Program-made: the position numbers and the translations under genes
Shown here: positions 1-13,900 of the stretch, piece after piece
How positions within the stretch are numbered: position 1 is the stretch's first letter
Layout of the letters: every line of letters begins with the position of its first letter
Source of the DNA: Hydrurus foetidus
Lineage: Eukaryota
Assembly (NCBI GenBank): GCA_900617105.1
Contig: UYFQ01000723.1
Coordinates: 296,166 to 316,165, forward strand
Length of the DNA stretch: 20,000 bases
Reading direction: 5' to 3'
Notes under the pieces: generated by a model
Seen by the model: the letters and a program-made list of their open reading frames with translations, nothing else
What the model was told of the DNA's origin: nothing
Databases searched by the model: none

Positions 1-371
1 TAAGAGTAAGGATTTGTTTGATAAAACTACTGCACCCAAAGTAAACGTGAATGCCAGTTTGAAGGAAGTAATTGTAGAAATGACAAGCAAAAGACTTGGA
101 GCTACTGCTGTTGTTGATGAAAATAATATTATAAAAGGAATTATTACTGATGGAGATTTAAGAAGGATGCTAGAGAAAAATATGTTTTCTAACGATATTC
201 TTGCAGAAGATATTTACTCGGTAAATCCTAAAACAATAGAACCAAAACCCTTACAATTGAAGCATTAGAATTAATGCGAAAGAATGATATCAGCCAACTG
301 GTGGTGGCTAACAAAGATGTTTATTTAGGAATTTTACATCTACACGATTTGGTGAGAGAGGGATTGTGTAA
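1..371 (+). CDS. KpsF/GutQ family sugar-phosphate isomerase, C-terminal CBS pair (5' truncated, one frameshift)
   Basis: ORF 14-268 reads EMTSKRLGATAVVD...GIITDGDLRRML. It continues in another frame as ALELMRKNDISQLVV...YLGILHLHDLVREGIV*, with TAA at 369-371. Confidence 0.88.
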
Positions 372-377
372 CTAAAC

Positions 378-1009
378 TTATCCTTCCACCAAAAAACAAA
401 ACTTCTTTGGGCCCATTGAACACCCACTACTAATGTTTTTCAATATCTGCTGTTCTGCTGGGGCCTGTTGCTAATGAAATGAGTGAGGGTAAATCGGTGC
501 CATATTTTTCTTTCATATTGTTAATAGCATCTGCAATATCATAAACTAACTGGTTTGTATAGGCAATACAAATATGCACTGGTGCATAAACACTATTATT
601 TCTTCCACTTGCTGTGGCACTAGATAAAAGCAAACTTCTGTTCTTGCTACTAAGGCTTCACAAGTTGTAATAGCCGCATCGCAATCGTGTAGGCTGATAG
701 TATGATTAATGTTATTGAAATTATTCGCAGTTAAAACAGTTTCTAGTGCTGCTTCTTTACAAATAATTTAGTCCAGTTTCTTTGCATTTGCAAGTGCAGA
801 TAATTGTTCTGCAAGCTCTGCATTATTGGTACAAAAGAAAATCTTCCTTGTAGTTTGGTGAAATTTTCAGCAAATTCTAGTTCTATATCTTGCGTTGGAG
901 ATTGATAAACAAATTCACTACTACTTCTATCAACAAAAGGAACAGGCACTGGTTTAGTGAGTGCCTGTCTTATTTTATTTAAAATATTTTCTCTGGTAGT
1001 AAGTGACAT
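378..1009 (-). CDS. LUD domain protein (LutC/YkgG family), frameshifted
   Basis: N-terminus MSLTTRENILNKIRQAL (ATG at 1009). C-terminal LUD motif SLISLATGPSRTADIEKTLVVGV.GPKEVFCFLVEG*. Confidence 0.85.
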
Positions 1010-1010
1010 T

Positions 1011-3102
<2,092 letters not shown>

Positions 3103-3124
3103 ATTTCGGTTGCTCAAATTTGTA

Positions 3125-3520
3125 TTAATCATCGTGACCCGATACTTCTGCATCGCTCCACATTTCTTCTAAATTGTAAAACTTCTTGTTGCTGATTGCA
3201 TCACGTGAACAACGATATTCACATAATCTATTAAAACCCATTGTAGCGATTGTCTTCCTTCTTGCTTAAAGGTGCTTCGCCACAAACAGCTAATACCTGA
3301 TCTTCTATATTATCAATGATAGCCTTGCATTGAGGGCCACTACCTGCTGTGCAAATAATAAAAAATCAGAGACTGATTCGTTAATTTTTCTCAAATCCAA
3401 ACTAACAATATGCTCTCCTTTTTATCTTGAATAGCTTTAATAATTGTCTTGTAAATCTTTGAATTTTTCGCAAGCTTAGTTGGTGCTTTTGCGACTTTCT
3501 AGTAAAATTAATGGTTCCAA
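3125..3520 (-). CDS. rsfS: Ribosome silencing factor RsfS (Iojap family), frameshifted
   Basis: Reverse strand reads IVSLDLRKINESVSDFFII, QWVLIDYVNIV and FYNLEEMWSDAEVSGHDD*. Probable TTG start at 3520, directly upstream of ftsH. Confidence 0.9.
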
Positions 3521-3585
3521 TAAAAGAAGTTTTTGTTAATTCGTTAATCAGTTTATAAGTAGCAATTATTAAGTTGTTTTAAGTG

Positions 3586-3616
3586 ACTCTAAACTTTAAA
3601 CTCTAAACTCTAAACT
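3586..3616. repeat. 7-bp tandem repeat (ACTCTAA, about 4.5 copies)
   Basis: ACTCTAA ACTTTAA ACTCTAA ACTCTAA ACT in the rsfS-birA intergenic region. Confidence 0.85.
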
Positions 3617-3622
3617 ATTTAA

Positions 3623-3639
3623 TATTTTTGCCAAAAGTA
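3623..3639. promoter_or_regulatory. Two adjacent Bacteroidota -7 promoter boxes (TAnnTTTG) on opposite strands
   Basis: TATTTTTG on + at 3623-3630 (towards birA) and TACTTTTG on - at 3639-3632 (towards rsfS-ftsH). Confidence 0.6.
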
Positions 3640-3646
3640 ATACTCT

Positions 3647-4395
3647 TTGTCCAACGCATCAACCTTCTATAAAATTAGGCTCACGGTTTATTCAACTTTT
3701 GTCTGTGGACAGTACCAATAATTATGCCCTTGAACTACTTAAACAAAATTTGGCTGATAGTGGTACTGTCATTTTTGCACAAGAACAAACTAAAGGTCGG
3801 GGACAAATGGGTAAAAATGGGAGGCTTTGCGAGGAGAAAATATTATTCTTACCATAATTGCAGATATTTCTGCCGTTCATATACAAAATCAGTTCAATTT
3901 GCTGGCAATGGCTGCCTTGAGGTGTTATGATTTTTAGCAAATACGCTGGAAATGCAACTGCCATAAAGTGGAGTAATGATATATACTGGAAGGACAAGAA
4001 GGCAGGTGGTATTTTAATTGAAACTACAAATCATAACAACAAACTATATGCAATTATTGGAATTGGTATCAATATCAATCAAACAACTTTTGATAAAGCC
4101 TACTAAACCCAGTTTCCTTAAAACAAATTACTGGCAAAATTTTAATGTAATTGAATTAGCAAAAGACCTTTGTGATTGTATTGATGTCTGGTATAAAGTA
4201 TTGCTATCTGAAAAAATGATCAACTTTTAATTAACTACAACAATCATCTTTATAAAAAGAATAAAAGTAACGCTAAAAAGGGAAACGTTAAATTCAGTTG
4301 CACTGTCCAAATCTGTAAGCGATTTTGGCGAATTACAAGTTGAAAATGGATTGTGTGATAGTTTTAAGTTTGGAGAAATTGAGTGGATGATATAA
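3647..4395 (+). CDS. birA: Biotin--[acetyl-CoA-carboxylase] ligase without N-terminal HTH, frameshifted, start uncertain
   Basis: LLSVDSTNNYA, AQEQTKGRGQMG, AIKWSNDIYWKDKKAGGILIE, IIGIGINI and C-terminal FKFGEIEWMI*. Confidence 0.92.
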
Positions 4396-4437
4396 AGAAG
4401 TTTCGTTAATATTGTTTACCAAAACCAAGACGACTGT

Positions 4438-6341
4438 ATGAAACATCTACTCACGTTAGTCTTCATCGTTTCAACACATATTTTATCTTTTTGCCAAAAC
4501 TATCAAGGCAATCCGAAGGATACTATTATTTTAAACCAATTAATAGACTCTGTAAATAATGCAAGTTCTGCCACATATACAGATTGTAAGAACACCATTT
4601 ATAAGGCGAAGAAATTAGTACATAAAAGTGATAATGAGTTTTACGCTGAGATTTTAATTAAAGAAGGTTATATTTTTTGAAGCGAGTGATTTTGCAAATG
4701 CTGCAAAAATTTGGGATAGTGCAGGCAAAATTTATCAAAGGCTAAATAGTCCCTATGGTTTAGCTAATTGTTACAATAAAGTAGGGCTTTGTTGCATTTA
4801 CAACACGAATTATAGTGAGGCATCAGAAAAATTATTTAAAGGAATTACAGTTGCCGAGAAAATAAAGACACTAGCTTACTAGCAAAACTATTTACCAATG
4901 TTGGGCTGCTTTATGAGAGTTTAGAAGATGTTGATAATGCCTTGCTATTTGCAAAAAAGACTATCCCATTAAAATTTCGTTAAAGACAGTTTTGGATTGG
5001 CAATAACATATAACAATATTGGCAACCTTTACTATACAAAAGGATTACTTGATAGTGCCATTGTGAATATTAAAATAGCTTGTGTGTTGCACAGCAAAAA
5101 TAATCAAGCTGGCTTAATGGGAAGCATTTCAAACCTTGGGCTATATTTTTATGGCAAAAAGTACGATTCTGCCATTCAATATTTAACTTCGAGCAGAAAG
5201 TATATCAAAAAATAAATGATATTCCAGCAACAGCCAATTTAAATTCAATGCTTTCGGATGCTTACTTTAAAAAACAATTTATTACTTGCAGGAAAGTATG
5301 CACAGCAATCATACAACAGGAAAAAATGTAACCGATTATTCTGTTTTAGAAAACATATATAAAGTATCGCATCAATATTATAAAGCAAGTAATAATATTT
5401 CTAAAGCGTATGAATTTTACAACTATTAGATGTTGTTAAAGATACACTTCACACACAAGCAAAAAATATAGAGCATCAAAAATTGCTATCAAGTATGAGT
5501 TAGGTAAAAACTTGTAGCTGATAGTTTACAAGCAGAACAAAAATCTTTATTGCCAATAACAAAACAATTCAAACCCGCAACAGTTTGTTAATAGTGGCAT
5601 TGCTGTTAGTAATTGCTTTGGCCACTGCCATTATTTTATACAATAGAAGTAATTTATTTAAAAGCTATCATTACTGAACAAGAAAAGCAAATTGAAGCAC
5701 AGCAAAAACTGCTTATCAATTAAAAACCTTGCAAGCACAAATGAACCCACATTTTGTGTTCAATTGTTTCAATACCATCGATTCGTTTATTCTTCAAAAT
5801 AAACAATACGAAGCATCATTATTGGTGCAACGTTTCTCTAAACTTTCAGAAAAATATTAGAACAAACATCTTTAAACACAATTTCTTTTGAAGAAAATTA
5901 GAAACACTTACAACTTATTTGCAAATAGAAAAACTAAGAACCAATAATAGTTTGATTTTACTATTGAAAAGACGATGCCATTTTAAGTTATCAATTACCG
6001 CCAATGTTACTACAGCCTTTTGTAGAAAATGCAGTGGTACACGGCATTCGGGCATTACAAAGCAAAGATGGATTTATAAAATTGAGGTAAGTAATAAAGA
6101 TAATTTTATTAAAATAAATATTGAAGACAATGGTGTTGGCAGAAGCAAATCTGCCGAATTAAACGAACAAAATATATCAACACATCGTTCAATGAGTATG
6201 GATTTAACCTTGCAAAGACTAAAAGCTTTGCACCAAAATTCTCACATAGAAAACTATTTACAATTTACCGATTTTGATAACGATAAAACTGGTACTTTAG
6301 TAACAATTAAAATACCAAAACAATGGATAATGGATAGTTGA
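4438..6341 (+). CDS. TPR-repeat sensor histidine kinase, LytS/YehU type, frameshifted
   Basis: Signal-like N-terminus MKHLLTLVFIVS, TPR helices (LANCYNKVG, LFTNVGLLY, AITYNNIGNLYY), TM near 5585-5640, H-box LQAQMNPHFVFNCFNTI, PPMLLQPFVENAVVHG and IEDNGVGR. Confidence 0.9.
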
Positions 6342-6417
6342 TAATTAGCAACTTTTAACCAACTTTACCAAAGTTTGTAGCTAGTTGTAATTTAATTTTT
6401 TGGAATTTAAAAACTCA

Positions 6418-7174
6418 ATGCTTAAAAGCAGTTTTAATAGATGATGAGCAAGAAAATATTAATGCCTTGCAAATAAAATTATCAATGGTTTGCCCCGAGG
6501 TAAGCATTGCTGCAAGTTTTACAAATCCCGCAGAAGCAATTGTTTTTAGTGATAATAGCGATATTGATATTTTATTTTTAGATGTTGAAATGCCTATACT
6601 CAATGGATTTCAGTTGTTAGATACTTTGCCATCAAGAAATTATGAAATAGTAATGGTTACTGCCTATGCTGAGTATGCTTTAAAAGCAATTAAGGCAAGT
6701 GCATTAGATTATTACTAAAACCTGTTGAGTATGATGAACTGCGAAAAGCAGTAAATAAAGTGATAGAAAAACATCAAAAGAAAAGACAGATTATTAAACA
6801 AATAACAGAGCTTTCATCTGCAATAAAATATACACACCAGCAAACAGAAAAATATTATTACACTCGTCAAAAGATGCACACTGGGTGCAGTTATCTAATA
6901 TCATTCGTATCAATGGCGAAAACAATTACAGTACATTTTATTTGAATGATGGCTCCAAAATTATGGTTTCTAAAACCTTAAAAGAATTTGAAGAAAAATT
7001 AGAAACACAACACTTTTTCGGATTAATAGATCACAAATCATCAACCTAAACTATCTTACCAAATTATTAAAACCAGATGTGCTGATGGTGCAAATGACCG
7101 ATGGTACCCAAATAGAAGTTTCTATTAGAAGAAAAGCAGAGTTATTGAAAATGATGGAGAATTTTAATGGATAA
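6418..7174 (+). CDS. LytTR family DNA-binding response regulator, frameshifted
   Basis: MLKAVLIDDE, DILFLDVEMP, VTAYAEYALKAIKASALDY.LKP, then LytTR domain NYSTFYL, VSKTLKEFEEKL, FFRINRSQIINL and IEVSIRRK. TAA at 7172-7174. Confidence 0.93.
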
Positions 7175-7189
7175 ACTATACTGCCTGGC

Positions 7190-7392
7190 AAGTCTCCTGC
7201 ATATCCGTTGAGTAAAATATGTTACCTCGAAAGTTACCTGCATATCCGTTGAGTAAATTATATTACCCCGAAAGTTTCCTAAATATCTGTTCAGTAAATT
7301 ATGTTACCTCTCAAGTTTGTTGTATATCCATTGAGTAAATAATGTTACTGCAAAATTTTATTTAGTGTCTTTTAGTAAATAATTATTACAAT
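7190..7392. repeat. Non-coding tandem array of four 41-bp units plus a degenerate fifth, each with a GTAA-N6(7)-TTAC palindrome
   Basis: Units start at 7190, 7231, 7272, 7313 and 7354. Unit 1 vs 2 is 36/41 identical and unit 2 vs 3 is 32/41. GTAA half-sites are at 7212, 7253, 7294, 7335 and 7375. Confidence 0.93.
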
Positions 7393-7422
7393 ATTTCGTA
7401 TTTTAGCTTTAAAATTATTATT

Positions 7423-7739
7423 ATGGATACTACACAAAATCAATGCCACATAATGGCAATTTGCTAAAACAACTGATGGCTGAAACTAGATTTACCCAAG
7501 CGGATTTAGCACGAGGATTAAACACCAATCAAACTGCTATCATTCGTCATCTTGCAAAATATACTATTAAAACAGATGACTTGTGGAATTTAAGCAAAAC
7601 CCTGGGTGTAAATATGCTGGACATTTTAGCTAAAACATCCTATTCAAACTCCTAGTGAAAAGAAGTTGCATTGCAACAAAGGGTAATAGATTTGGAAAAA
7701 GAAGTTGCCATTTATAAGGATCTGCTAAAAACAAGATAG
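7423..7739 (+). CDS. Small XRE/HTH_3-like DNA-binding protein with C-terminal coiled coil, frameshifted
   Basis: MPHNGNLLKQLMAETRFTQADLARGLNTNQTAIIRHL...LWNLSKTLGVNMLDIL, continuing across frames to VALQQRVIDLEKEVAIYKDLLKTR* (TAG 7737-7739). Start is ATG 7423 (needs a frameshift) or ATG 7443. Confidence 0.8.
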
Positions 7740-7748
7740 ATTTTCAGG

Positions 7749-7827
7749 ATTTCTAATTTGAAGATTCGAAATATACTTTCAAGTTAAAACCGGAAATTCT
7801 CAAATCAGAAATCTTCAAATTAGAAAT
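7749..7827. repeat. Perfect 18-bp inverted repeat with a 43-bp loop
   Basis: ATTTCTAATTTGAAGATT (7749-7766) is the exact reverse complement of AATCTTCAAATTAGAAAT (7810-7827). Confidence 0.85.
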
Positions 7828-7831
7828 TCTT

Positions 7832-7879
7832 ACACTCACTCAATATTTGTTAACACTCACTAAAGCATCAACACCCACA
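7832..7879 (+). promoter_or_regulatory. Putative LytTR-binding direct repeats
   Basis: ACACTCACT at 7832 and 7853 (9-bp repeat, 12-bp spacer) and a variant ACACCCACA at 7871, 70-120 bp upstream of the ATG at 7950. Confidence 0.6.
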
Positions 7880-7949
7880 CAAAGCAGCTTGTCTAGTTTA
7901 TGAAAGATTTATAAATAGTCAATTATTTCTTTTATATAAAACTAACAAA

Positions 7950-10900
7950 ATGAAAAAGCACCTACTCACCATCGTTCTTGCAGCAATTTTTTTACTGCTG
8001 CACAAGCACAAGTAGCCATTAAACCAGCTGGCAGTAGCACATCAGCCGACCCAAGTGCTATGCTTGATGTGCAAAGCACCAACAAAGACATTGCTACCAA
8101 GAATGACAGCCACACAAAGACTTGCCATTGCAAACCCTGCAACAGGATTAATGGTTTACGACACTGACTCATCTGCATTTATGCTAAAGAATGCAAGTGG
8201 TTGGGTAAAGCTTCAAAGCACAAATGATGTAGCTTGGAAGAGTGGTAATGATGTTTATAATACAAATGGGGGTAAAATAGGAATAAATATGGGCAACCTT
8301 CCACTTACAGGATTCGGATCTTCCTTAAATATATTGCCAGGAAACAATTTTGATGGAATTACCGTTGAAAGTTCAAATCAAAATAATGCCAGAGCTATTA
8401 ATGCAAGTTCAAATGCAAACCAAGGGATAGGAGTATCTGTTGGTGTTACAGGCACTAATGGAACTGGGGTTATTGCTACTGCAAATGGAGCAAGTTCAGT
8501 TGGTGTTCAAGGATGGGCAGATAGTTCAAACTCAACAGGTGTATATGGCAAAAGTAGCAAAGGAACAGCAGGTGCATTTTTACTACTTCTGGTTTTGGAT
8601 TGCAAAGTAGATGGAGGCACAACAGGACAAGCCATTTTAGTGCATAGAGGCAATACAGGTTTGGGTGTTACTTTCCCAAAGCAAATGCTTGAAGTAGCAG
8701 GTGCAGTAAAACTATCAGATACTGCAACTACTGTAGCGGCAACCAATGGTACTATTCGTTACAATGCCACACAAGGTTTTCAAGGAAAGCACGGTAATAG
8801 TTGGCAAAATTTGGGAGGTAGCGACAGTAGCAATCAATGGAAAACTAATGGAAATGATATTTATAATAATAATAGTGAAAACGTAGGTGTGGGAACAAAT
8901 AATCCTAAAGCAGCATTTAATATAGCAGCAGGCAAAACTGTTTTGTTTGGAAATGATACATTAGGTGAAGGAAGAAAAATGATGTGGATTCCAACAAAAG
9001 GAGCTTTTAGAGCTGGTTATGCAGGCGATGTTAACATTTTTGGAACAACCTGGAACTATGACAGTGTAGGTCAATCCTCATTTGCTGCAGGCACATACAC
9101 ACAGGCAAAGGGACAATCATCTTTCGCTATGGGTTCACAATCTTCTGCGTCTGGAAGAAACTCTACTGCACTGGGCAATCGTACAAAGCTTTAGATGATG
9201 ATGCAACAGCACTAGGAAGAGACACTAAAGCATCCACTGTTGCATTAGCATCTGGTGAATCAACAGAAGCAATGGGTTATAGTTCTTTACAGCTGGCGGT
9301 TATACAAAAGCATCTGGTGATTATTCTGCTGCTATTGGTTATAATACAACAGCAAAAAGTATTGGCAGTTGTCAATTGGTATAGAAAATGACACCACAGA
9401 CACGCCTTTATTCACCAACACCAACTGATAGAATTTTCAAATTGGAAATGGTGTTTACAGCACAGTTTTGCACATACCTCTTTGAGTAATGCTATAACTG
9501 TACTTCGCAATGCAAATACAGGCATTGGTAACATTAACAATCCTAATCAAAATTAGAAGTTGCAGGTGCAGTAAAATTAGCTGACACTGCAACAACATTA
9601 GCTGCAACTGATGGTACAATCCGCTACAATGCTACACAAGGTTTTCAAGGAAAGCACGGTAATAGTTGGCAAAATTTAAATGGAAGTGGTAATAACTCTT
9701 TACAACAAACGGTAACAATACTTATCAAACAAATGTAGATAGTGGTACAGTTAGTATAGGAAGTAACGCGTCACTTCCAACTTTTAAAGCATCTATTTTT
9801 AGTGACACAAAAATCCAAATGGCATCTTTGTTTCAGCCAATAGTGGCAATGGAATTGCAATGATAACTTCGAGGCAGGGTTGGTATCAATACTCTTACAC
9901 CATATACAGATGCAGTATTAGATGTAAATGGTAATATGTATATACGTGGTGAAACCAGGAAATGGAAAGGTTTAACATCAGACGCATCTGGTAAAGCAAG
10001 CTGGCAAACGCAAGTGGTGGTACATTATATACTGCTGGTTCTGGAATTAATATTTCTGGTAGTAATGTTATTTCTTCTACTGCACCTACTTATACAGCAG
10101 GTGATGGAATTAACATTTCTGGTAATACAATTTCAAGCACAACAGGTGGTTGGACATATAATGGTACAAACATTTTGCAAACAAATCCTTATGCAGATAA
10201 TTCAGTATTAATAGGTACAGATAATGTTACACCATATACAAGATTATCTGTTGTTGGTAATGCTAATGTGCCTGTTGCTGCAAGATTTAGTGCAGGAACT
10301 TCAAGTGCTTATGCAGTTACAACCAATGGTTCTGTAAGTGTTGGTGGTGGTTTAAAACTCGATAAGTGTAGCTACTGCTTCTGCTGGAACTATAAGATAT
10401 AGTGGTAGCGACTTTGAAGAGCACAACTAATGGTGTAACTTGGAAAGAAGTTTAACAGGTGCAAATATTCCAAGTTATTGGTCTTTGAGTGCTGGTAATG
10501 CTTTAAGCAATACCAATATAGGTAATGTTGGTATTGGTGTTGCCAACCCAACAGCTAAACTTGATGTTAACGGAGCCATTAAAATTGCTCAATTGCCAAA
10601 TGGATTTAATCCAGCCAATGGAATGATTGCTTTTGATGGAACAGATTTTTGGGATTTAATAATGGATGGAAATCTTTTGCAGCACCTTATACAGCGGGTA
10701 GTGGCATAGTATCAGCAGCAATGTTGTTAGCACCATACCACAAACGCTTTCCATTACAGGAAACAATCTTACACTTTCTAATGGAGGTGGTACTATTGCT
10801 ATACCATCTGAGTGGTGGTAGTGGTCAATTCTCAACAATAGGAAATGATATTTTAATAACAATACAGGCAAGGTTTTAATAGGTAGTAGTGCAGTGAACG

Positions 10901-13900
10901 GTAGCTAAATTTCAGGTAGAAAGATGCTACAAACTTTGGTACTACTGCACAAGTGCTTTCACCTGCTTACAGCACTTCATTGTATGTAGCTGATAGTTCA
11001 GCAGAGTGGCAATCCTGTTGGTTGCAATGGTTGTGGTGTGGTAATGTTGCATTAAAACATTTAGCAATTTGGGCACGGCTTTATTGGCAAAATCAAACAA
11101 TGGAATTGGTGCATATATACGTGGTGGTAATTCAACAGACCCAGCAGTAAAATAGAAAACCCTGGTGGCTCTAGTTTATTGAAGGCACAAGTTAAATGGA
11201 GGTGTAGATATTACTGGATATCTACATTTTAAACGATGGTACACAAACAAACAGGTAGAGTTTTAACAACTGATGCAAATGGTTATGCTAGCTGGCAAGC
11301 AGCAACTGCTGGTACAACATACAGTGCAGGTACTGGGATTAATATTTTGGAGGAACAATTTCTACTAATTTAACTGGTGGTTCTGGTATCAGTATTTCAG
11401 GCAACACTATTTCATCTTCTTTACAAGCAGGTTCTGGTATCAGTATTAGTGGTAACACAATTACTGCAACTGGAGTAACTGGAGCTGGAGGTTGGTTAAA
11501 ACTGGTACAGATGTGAGCCTACAAAACGCCACAGATTATGTAGGTATTGGCACAGCAGGAAATGCAGGTGCAAAACTAGAGTAGCTGGTGGTAACGATGT
11601 TGGCATTTCAGTATCGGCAAGTGGTACTGGTAACAATGCAATATTTGCAAATGTTGTTGGTACAGATGCTGTTGCTGCAAACTTATTAGCAGGTTCTGGT
11701 TCAAAGGGTTTAGTAGTATCTTCAACTACTGCAAATGCTGCAGAATTCTTCTCTCAAAATGCTGCAGCAATTACTGTTAACCTACAAGTAGCGATTCAAA
11801 ACAGCAATTGTAGTTCCTTTTGACAATTCAGGTTTTGGAACAACCAATCTACTGCAAGGGTGCATATTAACGGTATTAATGGGTTACGTTATCAAGATGG
11901 AAACGAAGCTGCCGGAAAAGTGTTAACATCTGATGCAAACGGTAGAGCATCTTGGCAAACACCAGCTACTGGTGGTGCTACTGCTTGGAGTGTGGATGCT
12001 GGAAATAATATTTATAATACAAGTACAACAAATTCTACAGTTGGCATTGGTTTGTCATCTGCAATCAACACACCTATCAATTGCATACTCGTAGCATAAA
12101 AAGTGGTGGGGCAATTGCCTTGTTTCAATCAAATCAGAGTAACGCAAATATTAGTCTGGCAAACTCAACAGGTATTGCAGGTTCTATTTTTACTAATGGA
12201 GCAGATTTTGGTTTAAACACAAATACAGTTGGTGGCACGCCTCTTAATTTAAGTTTAAATGTGGGTGGATCAACTGGACTTATGATTGATGGAACTACAA
12301 GAAATGTAAGCCTTGGTGGAGCTATAGCCAATGAGAGTTTAGTAATATCTGGAGGTTTAAGATTAGGAAATTCAAGTGGCACAAATGCAGGAACATTAAG
12401 ATATGATGGCAGCGATTTACAAGGTTATGTAGGTGGTGCCTGGAAATCTTTAACAGGTAGTGGATTGTGGCAATTGAACAATAACAGTGATGCTTATTTG
12501 GCAAGTGGAAGAGTGGGTGTAGGAACACCAACACCAACAGAAAAATTAGAAGTTAATGGTGCTATAAAATTGGTTCAACATTTAGCAACAATGCAGGTAC
12601 AATCGGGTTTGGTGGCTTTGGAAATACTTTCGAAGGATTTGATGGCACAAGCTGGAAATCTTTGCAAAGCAAATGGAATATAACTGCAAGCAATAATATT
12701 TATAGCGATGCATCTCAAAATGTAGGTATAGGTGTACAAGATGGACAACAAAACTAGAAGTTGATGGTGCTATAAAAGTTGGAACAACTGCTGTTAACAC
12801 AAAGTGGAACAATCCGCTACAACGGAGACTTTGAAGGTTTTGATGGTAGTGACTGGATAACATTAACTGGTAAGGTATTTCTTAAAAAATGCTACCAGTA
12901 TTTTCTTATATGATGCAAATAAAACTTAGGTTTGGGCACCGCTTTCCTACTGAAAAATTAGAAGTATCGGGGAGGAGTAAAATTGGGTATTGCATCATCT
13001 GCACCAACTGCTGGTACAATGCAATATAATAGTGGCTTACAGGTTCACAATGGTACCGATTGGGTTTCATTAAATCCACAATTCAATTTAGATGGTTCAA
13101 ATAATTTATCAAATATTACAGCTACTAATTTTGGTTTTGGTGTTGGAACACCTGTAGAAAAATTAGAAGTAAATGGAGGTATTAAAATTGGTGCATCGTT
13201 TGGTGCAAACGAAGGAACTATTCGTTATACAAGCAATGAATTTGAAGGCTTTGATGGCACAAGCTGGAAATCTTTAACTGGTAAAGGTTTGTGGGCAAAA
13301 ACTGGAACAGATTTATCTTTATCTACCACAACAGACAATGTGGGAATTGGAACAACTACACCAGCAGCTAAATTGCAAGTCGAGAATAGCGGTACACAAT
13401 TAATAGTAAAGGGAACTACCGACGCTCCTGCAAAAATCAATTTATTAAATGATGGTACCAGTAATTTCTGGGGATTAACAGGCTATAGTAATGCAACAAA
13501 TACCACTGCGGGTTTCAACCTTAATTATAGTGGTACAAACTTGTTTACAGTAAATGGTGCAGGCGACGCAACCCTTGCTGGCACACTAACACAATCTAGT
13601 GATATTCGTTTAAAAAGAAATATTGCACCGCTTGGTTCTGTATTAGATAAAATTAAAAGGGTGGGTGCATTTACCTACAATTGGAAGGATGAAAAGAAAG
13701 ATCAAACACAACAAATTGGGTTCTTAGCACAAGACTTAGAAAAACAATTTCCACAGTTAGTTAAAACCGATGCGAATGGAGTAAAGAGTGTAGCATATAG
13801 CAATATGGCACCAGTATTATTACAAGCCATTAAAGACCAACAAGCACAAATTGAAACATTGCAACAACAACTAAAATCTCAAAATGATGAAATGATGAAG

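Noticed and set aside
3964..3981. BirA KWSND instead of canonical KWPND
   Set aside because: It is a single substitution with the other catalytic motifs retained, which is not enough to infer altered function.
7190..7392. CRISPR or TIGR-type guide array
   Set aside because: Units are similar along their whole length with no unique spacers, and no cas or Nop-domain gene is in the window.
8691..9677. Diversity-generating retroelement TR/VR pair
   Set aside because: Differences between the copies are not adenine-specific and are largely synonymous, both copies are coding, and no reverse transcriptase is present.
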